Positions 1 through 9,331 of a stretch of DNA of 64,000 bases are shown piece by piece (position 1 is the stretch's first letter; every line of letters starts with the position of its first letter). Source of the stretch: Myxococcota bacterium (lineage in GTDB: Bacteria > Myxococcota_A > Polyangia > Polyangiales > Houyiibacteriaceae); assembly GCA_039177115.1 (NCBI GenBank), contig JBCDFZ010000027.1:2488-66487 (forward strand), read 5' to 3'. A model generated the notes under the pieces. The model was not told the DNA's origin, searched no databases, and saw only the letters and a list, made by a program, of their open reading frames with translations. Both the position numbers and the translations under genes were made by a program.

Positions 1-151
1 GTGAACATCTGCGCGGTGGATAGCGAGTGCGCGGATGACAGCTGTCCGGCGGGTGAGGAGCCGTTCTGCGACATTCCCGAAGGCGAGGTTTTTTGGGAGC
101 TGCAGTTGCCGTATGGAGGGTTCGGGAGGCAGTGGCGGTCAGGGCGAATGA
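1..151 (+). CDS. 3' end of a Cys-rich protein (partial, window edge) with an apparent frameshift in a T6 run
   Basis: Frame 1 reads NICAVDSECADDSCPAGEEPFCDIPEGEVF. Removing one T from T6 (89-94) continues it as GSCSCRMEGSGGSGGQGE* (TGA 149-151), which fits the Cys/Gly composition better than the 1..231 ORF. Confidence 0.5.
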
Positions 152-411
152 GCCCCCGCTTCCGCCTCTACTCGAGACGCTCTACGGCCGCCCACGCAAG
201 AAAGAGAGCGGGAGATCTGGACCCTCGTTGAAAGAGATTGAGACCTGAGGTCGGACCGACGTTGAACCGACAGAAGTCGACCGCAGAAGTGACGCAGAGA
301 GTTTCTCTCGGTCTAGTGGAATCGCATGCGACGCCATCGTCGTGAACGTCTCGGTCGATCCTCAATACGACGCCCTCCTCTCTTGCGTCAGCATTCCGGT
401 CCGAAACTGGG

Positions 412-795
412 TCAGCCACGGGCTGAATGACACACAGCCTGCAACTTGTTGCCGTCCGGGTCGCGAACGTAGGCGCCGTAGTAGTTGGGATGGTAGTGGA
501 GCCTCAGACCGGGTGGCCCTTCATCGCTGCCCCCATTTTCCATCGCTGCCTTGTAGAAGGCGTCGACCGACGCGCGGGATTTGGCGAGGAACGCAATGTG
601 GGTTCCGTTGCCATGGGTCGCGGGTTTACCGTCAAATGCCGGGCCAACAAAGGTCTTTGGGCCGGTCGCGACGCCAAAGGCAATGCCGCGATCGTATTCG
701 AACAGAACTGGCACATCGAGCGTAGACATGATGGCGTGCCAGAACGGTTTCGCCCGCTGCCAGTCGTTCGTGCCGACGGTTACATGGCTAAACAT
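412..795 (-). CDS. VOC family (glyoxalase/bleomycin resistance) protein
   Basis: MFSHVTVGTND start, GNGTHIAF, GPPGLRLHYHPNYYGAYVRDPDGNKLQAV motifs. Confidence 0.92.
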   Translation of the reverse strand: MFSHVTVGTNDWQRAKPFWHAIMSTLDVPVLFEYDRGIAFGVATGPKTFVGPAFDGKPATHGNGTHIAFLAKSRASVDAFYKAAMENGGSDEGPPGLRLHYHPNYYGAYVRDPDGNKLQAVCHSARG

Positions 796-906
796 AGAAC
801 GACCCTAGCCCATGACATCAGCCTCGCATACATGGATAAGCGCAGGCTTCGCCGGGCCCTCACCAGCCTCTTGCCTGGGTTCGATCCGCAACATAGGCTC
901 CCTAAG

Positions 907-944
907 CCCATCGGGCTCAGGATGAGCGCCGAGCCGCGCGGCAC
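907..944. repeat. Short dispersed intergenic repeat, copy 1 (similar to 9196-9233)
   Basis: cccatcgggctcaggatgagcgccgagccgcgcggcac vs cccatcaggctcaaggaaagtgctgaaccgcgcgacac: 29/38 identical without gaps. Confidence 0.45.
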
Positions 945-1058
945 GACCCACCACTCGTGCAGAGCGCGGCGACGACATCGACCATCAGCGATACGCATGA
1001 GCTTTGCAATAGTCACTACCACCTCAGTTCTTTACCCACGATCGTCATCGAGAACGCC

Positions 1059-2414
1059 ATGAAACGAACCTCTTTCGCCTCCAGCTTGCTCACTCTTTTC
1101 TTACTGACCGGCTGTTCGGACGGTGCGCCTGACGCCGCACCTCTGACCATCGTTCCAACCGCGGCACCCGAGGGCGCTCCCGGCGAGATGCGGCCGCTGA
1201 CTCTGCGAGTCACGCTGACCGAGCCGCTTTCAGACGAGGTGAGCATCCGCTACGCGACGACGGATGGTACCGCGACACCGGGCGAGGACTACGTGAGCAG
1301 CTCGGGGGAAGCGATCATCGAGGCAGGTCAAATCGAGACCTTCATCACCCTCGAGATGCTCGGCGACGCCCTGTTGGAACCCTCTGAGACCATCGGCTTG
1401 GACATCGAGATCGATGGCCCCGCAAGCCTCACGAACGAGTCCGTCGTGGCCACCATTGCCGACGACGACAACGCCTGCGATACGCCGTACAGCAGCAACC
1501 CGAACCCCTGGTTGGTCGGCGACGGCGACCCGCTGAACTTCGCCCACCGCGGCGGGGTGACCGACTTCCCGGAAAATACGCTGTACGCCTACGCAGAGGC
1601 TGCCCGCGCCGGGGTCGACGTGCTGGAGATGGACGTTTACCAAACCGCGGACAACGAGCTGGTGATCCTCCACGACCTGACGGTGGACCGAACCACCAAT
1701 GGCACGGGCCGGGTGGTTGACTTGACCCTGGCAGAGTTGCGAGAGCTGGACGCGGGATACTGGTTTGTTCAAGACGAGGGGACACCGCGAGATCTGCCCG
1801 ATGAGGCCTACGAGTTTCGGGGTATCGCCACTGGCGACAAGACCCCACCTCCTGGCTACAGCGCGGAGGACTTCCGCATACCGACTCTGGAAGAAGCGCT
1901 GGCGCGCTTTCCCCACGACTTGATCAACGTCGAACTGAAGCCAGATCTCGATGAAACCGGCAACTACGAACAGCAAATCGCCAACCTGTTACAGCAATAC
2001 GGTCGCTCCACCGACGTCATCGCCGCCTCCTTCGTCGATGAGGCAGCAAACAACTTCAAGGCTGCAGCTCCTTGCGTCTACACGTCTATCCCCTTGGAGC
2101 AGGGTACCGGTCTGGTCTTGCTGTTTCTCGCCGACGGCGGCACCGAATTCCCGGAAGTTCCCGAGCACGTCACCTGGCAAGTGCCTCCCGATACCAGCCA
2201 AATCGGTCAGCTCGATCTCGACTTGGTCATCGTCACTCAGGACTTCGTCGATGCCAGCCACGCGGCGAACCTGGCGGTCCAAACATGGACGATCAACACC
2301 TGCGAAGAAATGCTGCGCATGATGGAGCTCGGTGTGGATGGCATCATGACGGACGAGCCCATCCTGCTCGAAGAACTGCTAGCAACCCCGCCTGACGAAC
2401 GCAGCTGCGACTGA
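1059..2414 (+). CDS. Lipoprotein: Calx-beta domain plus glycerophosphodiester phosphodiesterase (GDPD)
   Basis: MKRT...LLTGC lipobox; Calx-beta-like YATTDGTATPGEDY...GDALLEPSE; GDPD motifs FAHRGG, PENT, LEMDV, ILHD, NVELK, GVDGIMTD. Start moved from 957 to ATG 1059. Confidence 0.9.
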   Translation: MKRTSFASSLLTLFLLTGCSDGAPDAAPLTIVPTAAPEGAPGEMRPLTLRVTLTEPLSDEVSIRYATTDGTATPGEDYVSSSGEAIIEAGQIETFITLEMLGDALLEPSETIGLDIEIDGPASLTNESVVATIADDDNACDTPYSSNPNPWLVGDGDPLNFAHRGGVTDFPENTLYAYAEAARAGVDVLEMDVYQTADNELVILHDLTVDRTTNGTGRVVDLTLAELRELDAGYWFVQDEGTPRDLPDEAYEFRGIATGDKTPPPGYSAEDFRIPTLEEALARFPHDLINVELKPDLDETGNYEQQIANLLQQYGRSTDVIAASFVDEAANNFKAAAPCVYTSIPLEQGTGLVLLFLADGGTEFPEVPEHVTWQVPPDTSQIGQLDLDLVIVTQDFVDASHAANLAVQTWTINTCEEMLRMMELGVDGIMTDEPILLEELLATPPDERSCD

Positions 2415-2572
2415 GCACTGGCTTCGAGTCTGCTCCTCTCGGTTGGCCTATCGGGCCCAGGACGAGCGCGTCCACGTCCGGGCGGTGGTCCTTGCTTGCG
2501 TTGCCGCGGGTCCTCGCATCCATGGTTCACGGATCGAGGACGATGAACTCGTCGTCGGCCTGCGGCTGACCT

Positions 2573-3859
2573 TCAGTTCCCGCCTTCCGGTGACCCGGGG
2601 CCGCTGCCTCCCGCGCCGCTCGCTTTTGCCGGCGCGCCCTCCGTCGGCCCCGACTCTCCGGTTGCTCCCGTGCTACCGGTCCCGGACGTTCCTGACGTCT
2701 GGCTTTGGGTGACGGGCTTCACGGTATCTCCCGGCTTCACCTTGAGGGCACCTTGAGTGATGACCCGGTCGCCTGCTTTGAGGGTTCCCGGACGAACGAC
2801 GTAGTGATTGTCGTAAGCCCGCTCGACCTCGACCATCTTCTGAGAGACCTTGTTCTCGGCATCGACGACGAAGACATGCCCACCTACCTGGGTCTCCATG
2901 ACCGCGACCTCAGGGACGAGGATCGCATCGCTCTGCTGCCCCACGTTCAGCCGCACCGGCACGTACTGTCCTGGGATCAGGGTCATGTTGTCGGTGTCGT
3001 CGATCGTATTGTCGAACACCGCTCTCGCCGTGATCATGTCGGTTGTCGGGTCGATCTGGGCGCTCAAGAAGTCGACCGTGCCCGTCTTGTCGTAGGGTTT
3101 TCGGTTCGGAAGCATGATTTCGGCGGCGTACTGACCCTCGGTGTTGGAAGCCATTCCCGTCGGGTTTCGCTGCTGAATCTGGAACATCTGCGTCCGGCTG
3201 AGGCTGAAGATCGCGTAGATCGGGTCGATCTGAACGAGCTCGGTGAGTGCGGTCTCCTGCGCGGTGACGAGCTCTCCCTCGTTGATGTTGGTCTGCTGCA
3301 TGCGCCCCGCGAACGGGGCTTGGATTTTGGTGTACCCCAAGTTGAGCTTGGCGGTCTCGACGTTTGCCACGTCGAGTTTGATCTGCGCACGGTTCTCCGC
3401 AGCCTTCGACACCGCTTCGTCTCGAAGCTCGAGGGAAGCGACCTGTTCCTCGGCGAGCGTGGTGTACCGTCTCGCGCGAACGTCGAGATAGCGCGCGTCC
3501 GCACGGCTTTTCCCGAGTTGGGCCTTGGCCGCTTGGAGCGCCGCCTCGAAGGGCCGAGGGTCGATCAGGTAGAGCAGGTCTCCCTCTTCCACGAACGACC
3601 CCTCGTCGAAGTAGCGCTCTTCGACGTAGCCCGAGACCCGTGGAATGATCTCGATGCGCCTCACCGCTTTGAGCGTCCCGCTGAAATCAAAGATCATCGG
3701 GATCGTCCGCTGTTCGACTTCCGCGACCGTCACTTCGGTCGGGGGCGCGGTCGGAGTCTCACTCTTCTTCTTGCAACCCAAGCCCAACGAGCCGAGCAGG
3801 GCAGCCAAGAGCAGGGATTGCAACGCGGCCTGCGACCGTAGCCGATTCGAAGAGTTCAT
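2573..3859 (-). CDS. RND efflux periplasmic adaptor (MFP) lipoprotein
   Basis: Lipobox GLGC; PRVSGY, LYLIDPRPF, LGYTKIQAPFAG, LIPGQYV motifs; 4-bp overlap with the RND permease gene. Confidence 0.93.
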   Translation of the reverse strand: MNSSNRLRSQAALQSLLLAALLGSLGLGCKKKSETPTAPPTEVTVAEVEQRTIPMIFDFSGTLKAVRRIEIIPRVSGYVEERYFDEGSFVEEGDLLYLIDPRPFEAALQAAKAQLGKSRADARYLDVRARRYTTLAEEQVASLELRDEAVSKAAENRAQIKLDVANVETAKLNLGYTKIQAPFAGRMQQTNINEGELVTAQETALTELVQIDPIYAIFSLSRTQMFQIQQRNPTGMASNTEGQYAAEIMLPNRKPYDKTGTVDFLSAQIDPTTDMITARAVFDNTIDDTDNMTLIPGQYVPVRLNVGQQSDAILVPEVAVMETQVGGHVFVVDAENKVSQKMVEVERAYDNHYVVRPGTLKAGDRVITQGALKVKPGDTVKPVTQSQTSGTSGTGSTGATGESGPTEGAPAKASGAGGSGPGSPEGGN

Positions 3860-6800
3860 GATGGCGGCCTCGATCCTGGAGCTTCAGGGGGGACTGTCGA
3901 GGGCGCGCTCGGAGCCGCGCTCTCGGTACCGCGTTCACGCCAGGTCTCGATCACCACGTACAGCACCGGGACGATGATGATCAAGATCGTCGCCATCAGC
4001 ATCCCTCCCGCGACGGTCGTCCCCATCGATTGCCGGCTGTTGGCACCGGCTCCACTCGCGACCGCGAGCGGAAGCACACCGAGGATGAAGGCGAAGGCGG
4101 TCATCAGTATCGGTCGGAGGCGGGTCCGTGCCGCGGCCCGCGCGGCTTCGATCGGGGTTTCACCGGAGGCGCGGTTCTCTTGGGCGAACTGGACGATGAG
4201 GATCGCATTCTTGGCGGTCAAGCCGATCAGCATCACGAGCCCGATCTGACCAAAGATGTCGAGGGGCATCCCTCGGAGCATCAAGGAGCCAACCGCCCCG
4301 AGGATGCCCGTCGGAACCGCCAGGATGACGACTACCGGGAGCGTCCAACTCTCGAAGAGGCCCGCCAGCACGAGGAACACGAACACTAGAGACAGGGTGA
4401 AGATGATCGGCGCGAGATTGCCGGTTTCGACCTCTTGATAGACGGTACCCGTCCACTCGTACCCGAAACCCGGCGGCAGGCTGGTGTCCGCCAAGGTATC
4501 CATCGCCGCCTTTGCCTCTTGGATGCTGTAGCCGTCGGCGGGCGTCGCGTTGATGCTCACCGAGGGGTAGAGGTTGTAGTGGCTGATCGCGAAGGGGCCG
4601 AGCTGCGGCTTGATGTCGAGTAGCGCGCTCAGCTCGATCATGTCGCCCACGTCGTTGCGGACGCGCAGCCGTCGAATGGCCTCCTCGGTCGCCCGCCAGT
4701 CGGTGTCAGCCTGGACGTACACATCGTACACGCGTCCAAACTTGTTGAAGTTGTTGACGTAGTACGAGCCGAGATATGCCTGCACCGTCTCGAACAGGTC
4801 CCCGATGTCGACCCCAAGCGCCTTAGCTTTCGTCCGATCGATGTCGAGAAAGCGAGTTGGAAAGCTCGGGTCGAAGGTGGTGAAGGCTTTGCCGATCTCG
4901 GGCAGCGCCGCCGCCTTGGCGATGTAGGCGTTGGCGGCCTCGGAGAGCGCAGGGATTCCAAGATTGGCGCGATCCTGAAGCTCCATGTTGAGCCCGCCGG
5001 TGCTCGCCAACCCTGGCACCGACGGCGCGTTGAGGACGATGAACTCCGCGCCGATAATCTTGTCGAGCTTCGCCTGTGCTTCGGGGATGAGGTCGAACAC
5101 GGTGGTGTGCTTGCCGGTTCGCTCACTCCAGTTCTTCAACGGCGCAAACATGACGCCCGCATTGGGCTGGTCGACCTGCTCGATCAGGTTGTAGCCGGCG
5201 ATCCCGGCGGTGGTTGTGACATTCGGCATCTCGGTGAGGGCCTTGTTCGCTTGGGCGAAGATCTTTTCGGTGTGCTCGAGGGTCGTGCCGTGGGGTCCCT
5301 GCACGATGGTCAGGAAATAGCCTTGGTCTTCTTCGGGAACGAAACCGCCTGGCACCCTGTCGAGCAGGAATGCGGCGAGCCCGCATAGCGCAACGAACCC
5401 CAGCAGCACCGGGAGTCTTCGCGCGTTCAGCTGGTCCACGCTCCGCTCGTAGCGACCCGCAAGGCCATCGTAGGCGCGATTGAAGGCGTGCAACGGGGCG
5501 ATCGGCTCCTTCGTCCTCGGTTTGAGCAGCAGCGCCGCGAGGGCGGGGCTCAACGTCAGCGAGTTGATCCCGGAAAGGAACACGGACATCGCAATCGTAA
5601 GCGAGAACTGATTGTAGAGCTGCCCCGTGAGTCCCGGCATGAACGACACCGGGACGAACACCGACATCAACACCAGCGTCGTCGCGACGATCGGGCCGCG
5701 AACCTCCCGCATGGCCGCGATGGTCGTTTCCAAACGGTTCGCGTCTTGCCCGCTGTTGAGCCGGCGCTCGACGTTCTCGACGACCACGATCGCGTCGTCG
5801 ACGACGAGTCCGACCGCCAGTACCAGGCCGAGCAGACTTAGCGTGTTCAGCGAGAACCCGAACGCCTGCATGATCGCGAGAGTTCCGACCAATGAAACCG
5901 GGATGGCGATCGTCGGGATCAGCGTCGCCCGAAAACTCTGCAAGAACACGTAGACGACGAAGAAGACGAGGACGATCGCGATCACGAGCGTTTTGAGGAC
6001 TTCCTTCACCGACTCCTCGACGAACGGCGCGGTGTTGTAGGGCACGACCCAATCCACATCCTCAGGAAACGATTTCGCCGCCTCGGTCATCAGCTGCTTG
6101 ACCCGCTCAGCAAGGTCGACCGCATTCGCGGTCGCACGCGGGAACACGATCAGCACCGAGCTCGGGAGACCATCGAGAACGAAGGAGGTGCTGTAGTCGG
6201 CAGCCCCGAGGCTCACCCGGGCTACGTCGCGGACTCGTACGATCGAACCGTCGGGATTCGCCCGCAGGATGATCTGCTCGAACTGCTCCACCGTGGTGAG
6301 CCGCCCCTCCGCCTCGAGCTGCATCGTGAAAGGCTGGTTTGGAGGCGCGGGAGGCTGCCCGAGTACCCCGACGCCGAACGTCTGATTCTGACTTTCGATC
6401 GCGGAGATGACGTCGCTTGCTTGGAGGCCGAGATTGGTGAGCTTTCCGGGGTCGAGCCACACCCGCATCGCATACTTCCGCAGCCCAAAGTTCTGGGCCT
6501 GCGCCACGCCGGAAAGTCGTTCGAGCGGGTCGCTGATGTTGATGTCGAGGTAGTTGCCCAAGAAAATCGCATCGCGGGTGCCCTTGGGCGAGATCAGATT
6601 GACGCCCAGGAGCAGGTCCTGGGAGACCTGCTGGACGATGATTCCTTCGTGGGAGACCTCTTCGGGCAGCATCGGATACGCCCAGCTTGCCCGGTTCTGA
6701 ACCTCGACCTGTGCGAGTCGCGGGTCGGTACCGACTTCGAAGGTGACGGTGATCGTCACGTTGCCGTTGTTCGAGCTCTCCGAGGTCATGTAGATCATGC

Positions 6801-7017
6801 CCTCGGCACCGTTGACCTGTTCTTCGATCGGCGTCGTGACCGCGTCGGCGACCGCCTTCGCGCTGGCGCCAGGGTAACTGGTGGTGATCGAGATCTCTGG
6901 CGGCGCGATCGGCGGATACTGGGAGATCGGAAGTGTCTTGGCGGCGATCCCACCGGCGAGCATCATCATCAGCGCAAGCGAGGCGGCCAGAATCGGGCGT
7001 GTGATGAAGAAATCCAA
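3856..7017 (-). CDS. RND efflux permease, AcrB/HAE1 family
   Basis: FITRPI, YPGASA, GLVVDDAIVVVENVER, AKNAIL, RLRPILMT proton-relay motifs. Likely TTG start at 7017 after AGGA (ORF open to 7074). Confidence 0.95.
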   Translation of the reverse strand: MDFFITRPILAASLALMMMLAGGIAAKTLPISQYPPIAPPEISITTSYPGASAKAVADAVTTPIEEQVNGAEGMIYMTSESSNNGNVTITVTFEVGTDPRLAQVEVQNRASWAYPMLPEEVSHEGIIVQQVSQDLLLGVNLISPKGTRDAIFLGNYLDINISDPLERLSGVAQAQNFGLRKYAMRVWLDPGKLTNLGLQASDVISAIESQNQTFGVGVLGQPPAPPNQPFTMQLEAEGRLTTVEQFEQIILRANPDGSIVRVRDVARVSLGAADYSTSFVLDGLPSSVLIVFPRATANAVDLAERVKQLMTEAAKSFPEDVDWVVPYNTAPFVEESVKEVLKTLVIAIVLVFFVVYVFLQSFRATLIPTIAIPVSLVGTLAIMQAFGFSLNTLSLLGLVLAVGLVVDDAIVVVENVERRLNSGQDANRLETTIAAMREVRGPIVATTLVLMSVFVPVSFMPGLTGQLYNQFSLTIAMSVFLSGINSLTLSPALAALLLKPRTKEPIAPLHAFNRAYDGLAGRYERSVDQLNARRLPVLLGFVALCGLAAFLLDRVPGGFVPEEDQGYFLTIVQGPHGTTLEHTEKIFAQANKALTEMPNVTTTAGIAGYNLIEQVDQPNAGVMFAPLKNWSERTGKHTTVFDLIPEAQAKLDKIIGAEFIVLNAPSVPGLASTGGLNMELQDRANLGIPALSEAANAYIAKAAALPEIGKAFTTFDPSFPTRFLDIDRTKAKALGVDIGDLFETVQAYLGSYYVNNFNKFGRVYDVYVQADTDWRATEEAIRRLRVRNDVGDMIELSALLDIKPQLGPFAISHYNLYPSVSINATPADGYSIQEAKAAMDTLADTSLPPGFGYEWTGTVYQEVETGNLAPIIFTLSLVFVFLVLAGLFESWTLPVVVILAVPTGILGAVGSLMLRGMPLDIFGQIGLVMLIGLTAKNAILIVQFAQENRASGETPIEAARAAARTRLRPILMTAFAFILGVLPLAVASGAGANSRQSMGTTVAGGMLMATILIIIVPVLYVVIETWRERGTESAAPSAPSTVPPEAPGSRPPS

Positions 7018-7036
7018 CGGGTGTCCTAGTGCTCCG

Positions 7037-8473
7037 CTACTGGGCGCCGGTGGGCACTTCGGTGCCAACCGCATGCACGAGGTCGGCGTAAGAGGTTAAG
7101 GTGTTGGTCCTCGACCGGACGATCGCCGCGCGCGCGTCTGCCAAGAGCGCCTGCGCGTTGAGGAGCTCGACGATGTCGCCGATTCCGTTTTGGAACCGCT
7201 TGAGCGCGACGTCGTAGGCCTCGGCCGAGCTTTCGAGCAAAACCTCGTTGGCCTTCACCTGATCGATCGCCGTGCGAAGGTCGTAGTACGCAGACCAGAC
7301 CGCCGACGAAACCTCCTGTTCTGCCAGAGCGAGAGCCTCACGGGCCTGCGCAAGGCGCGCATTCGCTTCACGCACGTTGCTGGCGAGGGTGCCACCGGTG
7401 AAGATGGGAACCGACAGGTTGAGGGTTGCCTCGTAGACGAACCCGTCGTCATCCGTCTCGCCGCGCAGGAGCTGCTCGCCGACTAGGCCCGAGCTCGACA
7501 GGGTCGGCCGGCGCTGCGCCTTGGCTTGGGTGAGCTGTGCCTCACGCTCACGCACGAGCGACAGGGCCGCGGCGAGGATCGGGCGGCTCTCGTACGACAG
7601 GTCGATCAGCTGGTCGGCGTCCTGCAGCAGCGAATCGAAGGGGAGCGTCTCCGCGGCAGGCTCGATGTCGAATCGCGTGTTGGCAGGCCAGCCGACCGCG
7701 ACCGCGAGCTCTCCGTGGGCGACCTGTGTGTCGCCGCGGGCGCCCGCGAGGTCGACGAGGATCTGCGCTTCATTGGCCTTCGCCTGAAGCACGTCCGAGA
7801 TCGTACCGACGCCGACATCGAGCCGCGCCTGGGCGGCAGCGGTGGTCGTGGCGGCTGTCTCAACGCTGACTTCGTAGGCGGTGACCTCGGCGGCCGACCC
7901 CTGTTCCTGATAGTACGCCGTGGCGACGGTCTGAATCACGTTTTGGAGCGTTTGGTTCTGGAGCCAGTTGGATACGTACAAGGCTTGGCGGGCGGCGGTG
8001 ATGCGAGCCCGCCGGCCCCCGAAATCCGTCAGAAGGTAGTTCAAGGTCGCCTTCCCCTGAACGAGCCAGGTCGCGGCGTCGTTGTTGGCGTTGACGTAGT
8101 CGTAGGGGTTGTCAGTGTTGGCGACCTGGCCATCTCCGCCGATCACGATCGTCGGGTAGAGCTCCCCTCGAGCCGATCCGTAGGCCGCCGCGGCAGCGCG
8201 GGCGCCCTCCCAGGCGATCTTGGTGTCCGGGCTGTTTCGAAGGCCGATGTCCAAGAGCTCGACCAGGTCCAAGAATGCGCTTTCGCGATCGACATCGTCT
8301 GGAGTGGCGGGCGGCGGGGCGAACCACGCCTCGTCGTTCTTTGGCTGCGGGATCCACGGCGCGGAGGGTGCGGGCGCCGCAAAGTTCTCGGGATGCCATT
8401 CCGGCATGTTCTTGCATGCCGCGAGCCCTGCCAAACACAACCAAGGCAAGAGCGTCAGCAGTCGAGCGCGCAT
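7037..8473 (-). CDS. TolC/OprM-family outer membrane efflux protein (lipoprotein)
   Basis: Lipobox LAAC after ATG 8473; two OEP repeats (LTDFGGRRA; VPIFTGG; RFQNGIGDIVELLNAQ); adjacent to RND and MFP genes. Confidence 0.9.
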   Translation of the reverse strand: MRARLLTLLPWLCLAGLAACKNMPEWHPENFAAPAPSAPWIPQPKNDEAWFAPPPATPDDVDRESAFLDLVELLDIGLRNSPDTKIAWEGARAAAAAYGSARGELYPTIVIGGDGQVANTDNPYDYVNANNDAATWLVQGKATLNYLLTDFGGRRARITAARQALYVSNWLQNQTLQNVIQTVATAYYQEQGSAAEVTAYEVSVETAATTTAAAQARLDVGVGTISDVLQAKANEAQILVDLAGARGDTQVAHGELAVAVGWPANTRFDIEPAAETLPFDSLLQDADQLIDLSYESRPILAAALSLVREREAQLTQAKAQRRPTLSSSGLVGEQLLRGETDDDGFVYEATLNLSVPIFTGGTLASNVREANARLAQAREALALAEQEVSSAVWSAYYDLRTAIDQVKANEVLLESSAEAYDVALKRFQNGIGDIVELLNAQALLADARAAIVRSRTNTLTSYADLVHAVGTEVPTGAQ

Positions 8474-8674
8474 CCGAGGGAGTATACCCGCGACGCACCT
8501 CGTTGGTTGGGAAAACTCTTGGGTTTTACGCTTGGAGACATGCAAGACGAGACCCTCGGGCGGCGGGCCGCGGGAGTCCATCGCGCGATTGTGCGTGCGC
8601 CCAGGCCTCAAATCGCGTCGCTACGTGGGATTGGGTTGCCGCCCATGCGCGGCGAGGTCAGGCCCAGGCAAGTG

Positions 8675-9151
8675 ATGACGGCCGACCAACCCCATGCTCG
8701 CAAGCTGTCGCGCCTCAGGTCGTTGAGCCATCTGCTCGACAACGCGATCCAGATTCCGGGCACGCAACAGCGGTTTGGAATCGACCCGCTCCTGGGTCTC
8801 ATCCCCGGAGCGGGCGACGTCGTGGCGGGCTGCCTGTCGGCGTACATCCTGATCGAGGCAGCGCGGATGGGGGTCCCGCGGGAACTGCTACGCAAGATGG
8901 GCACCAACGTTCTGCTCGAGGTTGGCGTCGGCACCGTGCCGTTGCTCGGAGACTTGTTCGACGTGACGTGGAAGGCGAACGCGAGAAACGTCGCACTGCT
9001 CGAGGAGCATCTTGCCGATGATCTGCGAGGCGAACAGGTAAGTCCGTGGTTCGTCGCCGCGGTGGTGTTGGCGATCTTGCTCGTTGTCGGACTCACGGCG
9101 GGGCTGACGATATGGCTGGTTCGCCGCTGGGTCGCGCCCGCGCTGTCTTGA
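8675..9151 (+). CDS. DUF4112 domain membrane protein
   Basis: LLDNAIQIPGT..RFGIDPLLGLIPGAGD...VPLLGDLFDVTWKANARN. Only the 3' part of the 7526..9151 ORF is real; start 8645 or 8675. Confidence 0.88.
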   Translation: MTADQPHARKLSRLRSLSHLLDNAIQIPGTQQRFGIDPLLGLIPGAGDVVAGCLSAYILIEAARMGVPRELLRKMGTNVLLEVGVGTVPLLGDLFDVTWKANARNVALLEEHLADDLRGEQVSPWFVAAVVLAILLVVGLTAGLTIWLVRRWVAPALS

Positions 9152-9195
9152 GTAGCGAAGGGCTGTTGCGCTGATAGCTCTGCTAGCCCATCGGA

Positions 9196-9233
9196 CCCAT
9201 CAGGCTCAAGGAAAGTGCTGAACCGCGCGACAC
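9196..9233. repeat. Short dispersed intergenic repeat, copy 2 (similar to 907-944)
   Basis: 29/38 identity to copy 1; both loci also contain agcccatcgg (905-914 and 9185-9194). Confidence 0.45.
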
Positions 9234-9331
9234 TTGCGGTTGCGTCAGGTAGAACACGATGTGAAAGAGCCTTGATGACGACTATGCTCTCCCCCCTCCT
9301 CGCTGCGGCGTTCCGGACCTAAGCTCTGGTC

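Noticed and set aside
7526-8644. 541-aa ORF 7526..9151 as one protein
   Set aside because: The 5' part is antisense shadow of the TolC gene; only the DUF4112 part is real.
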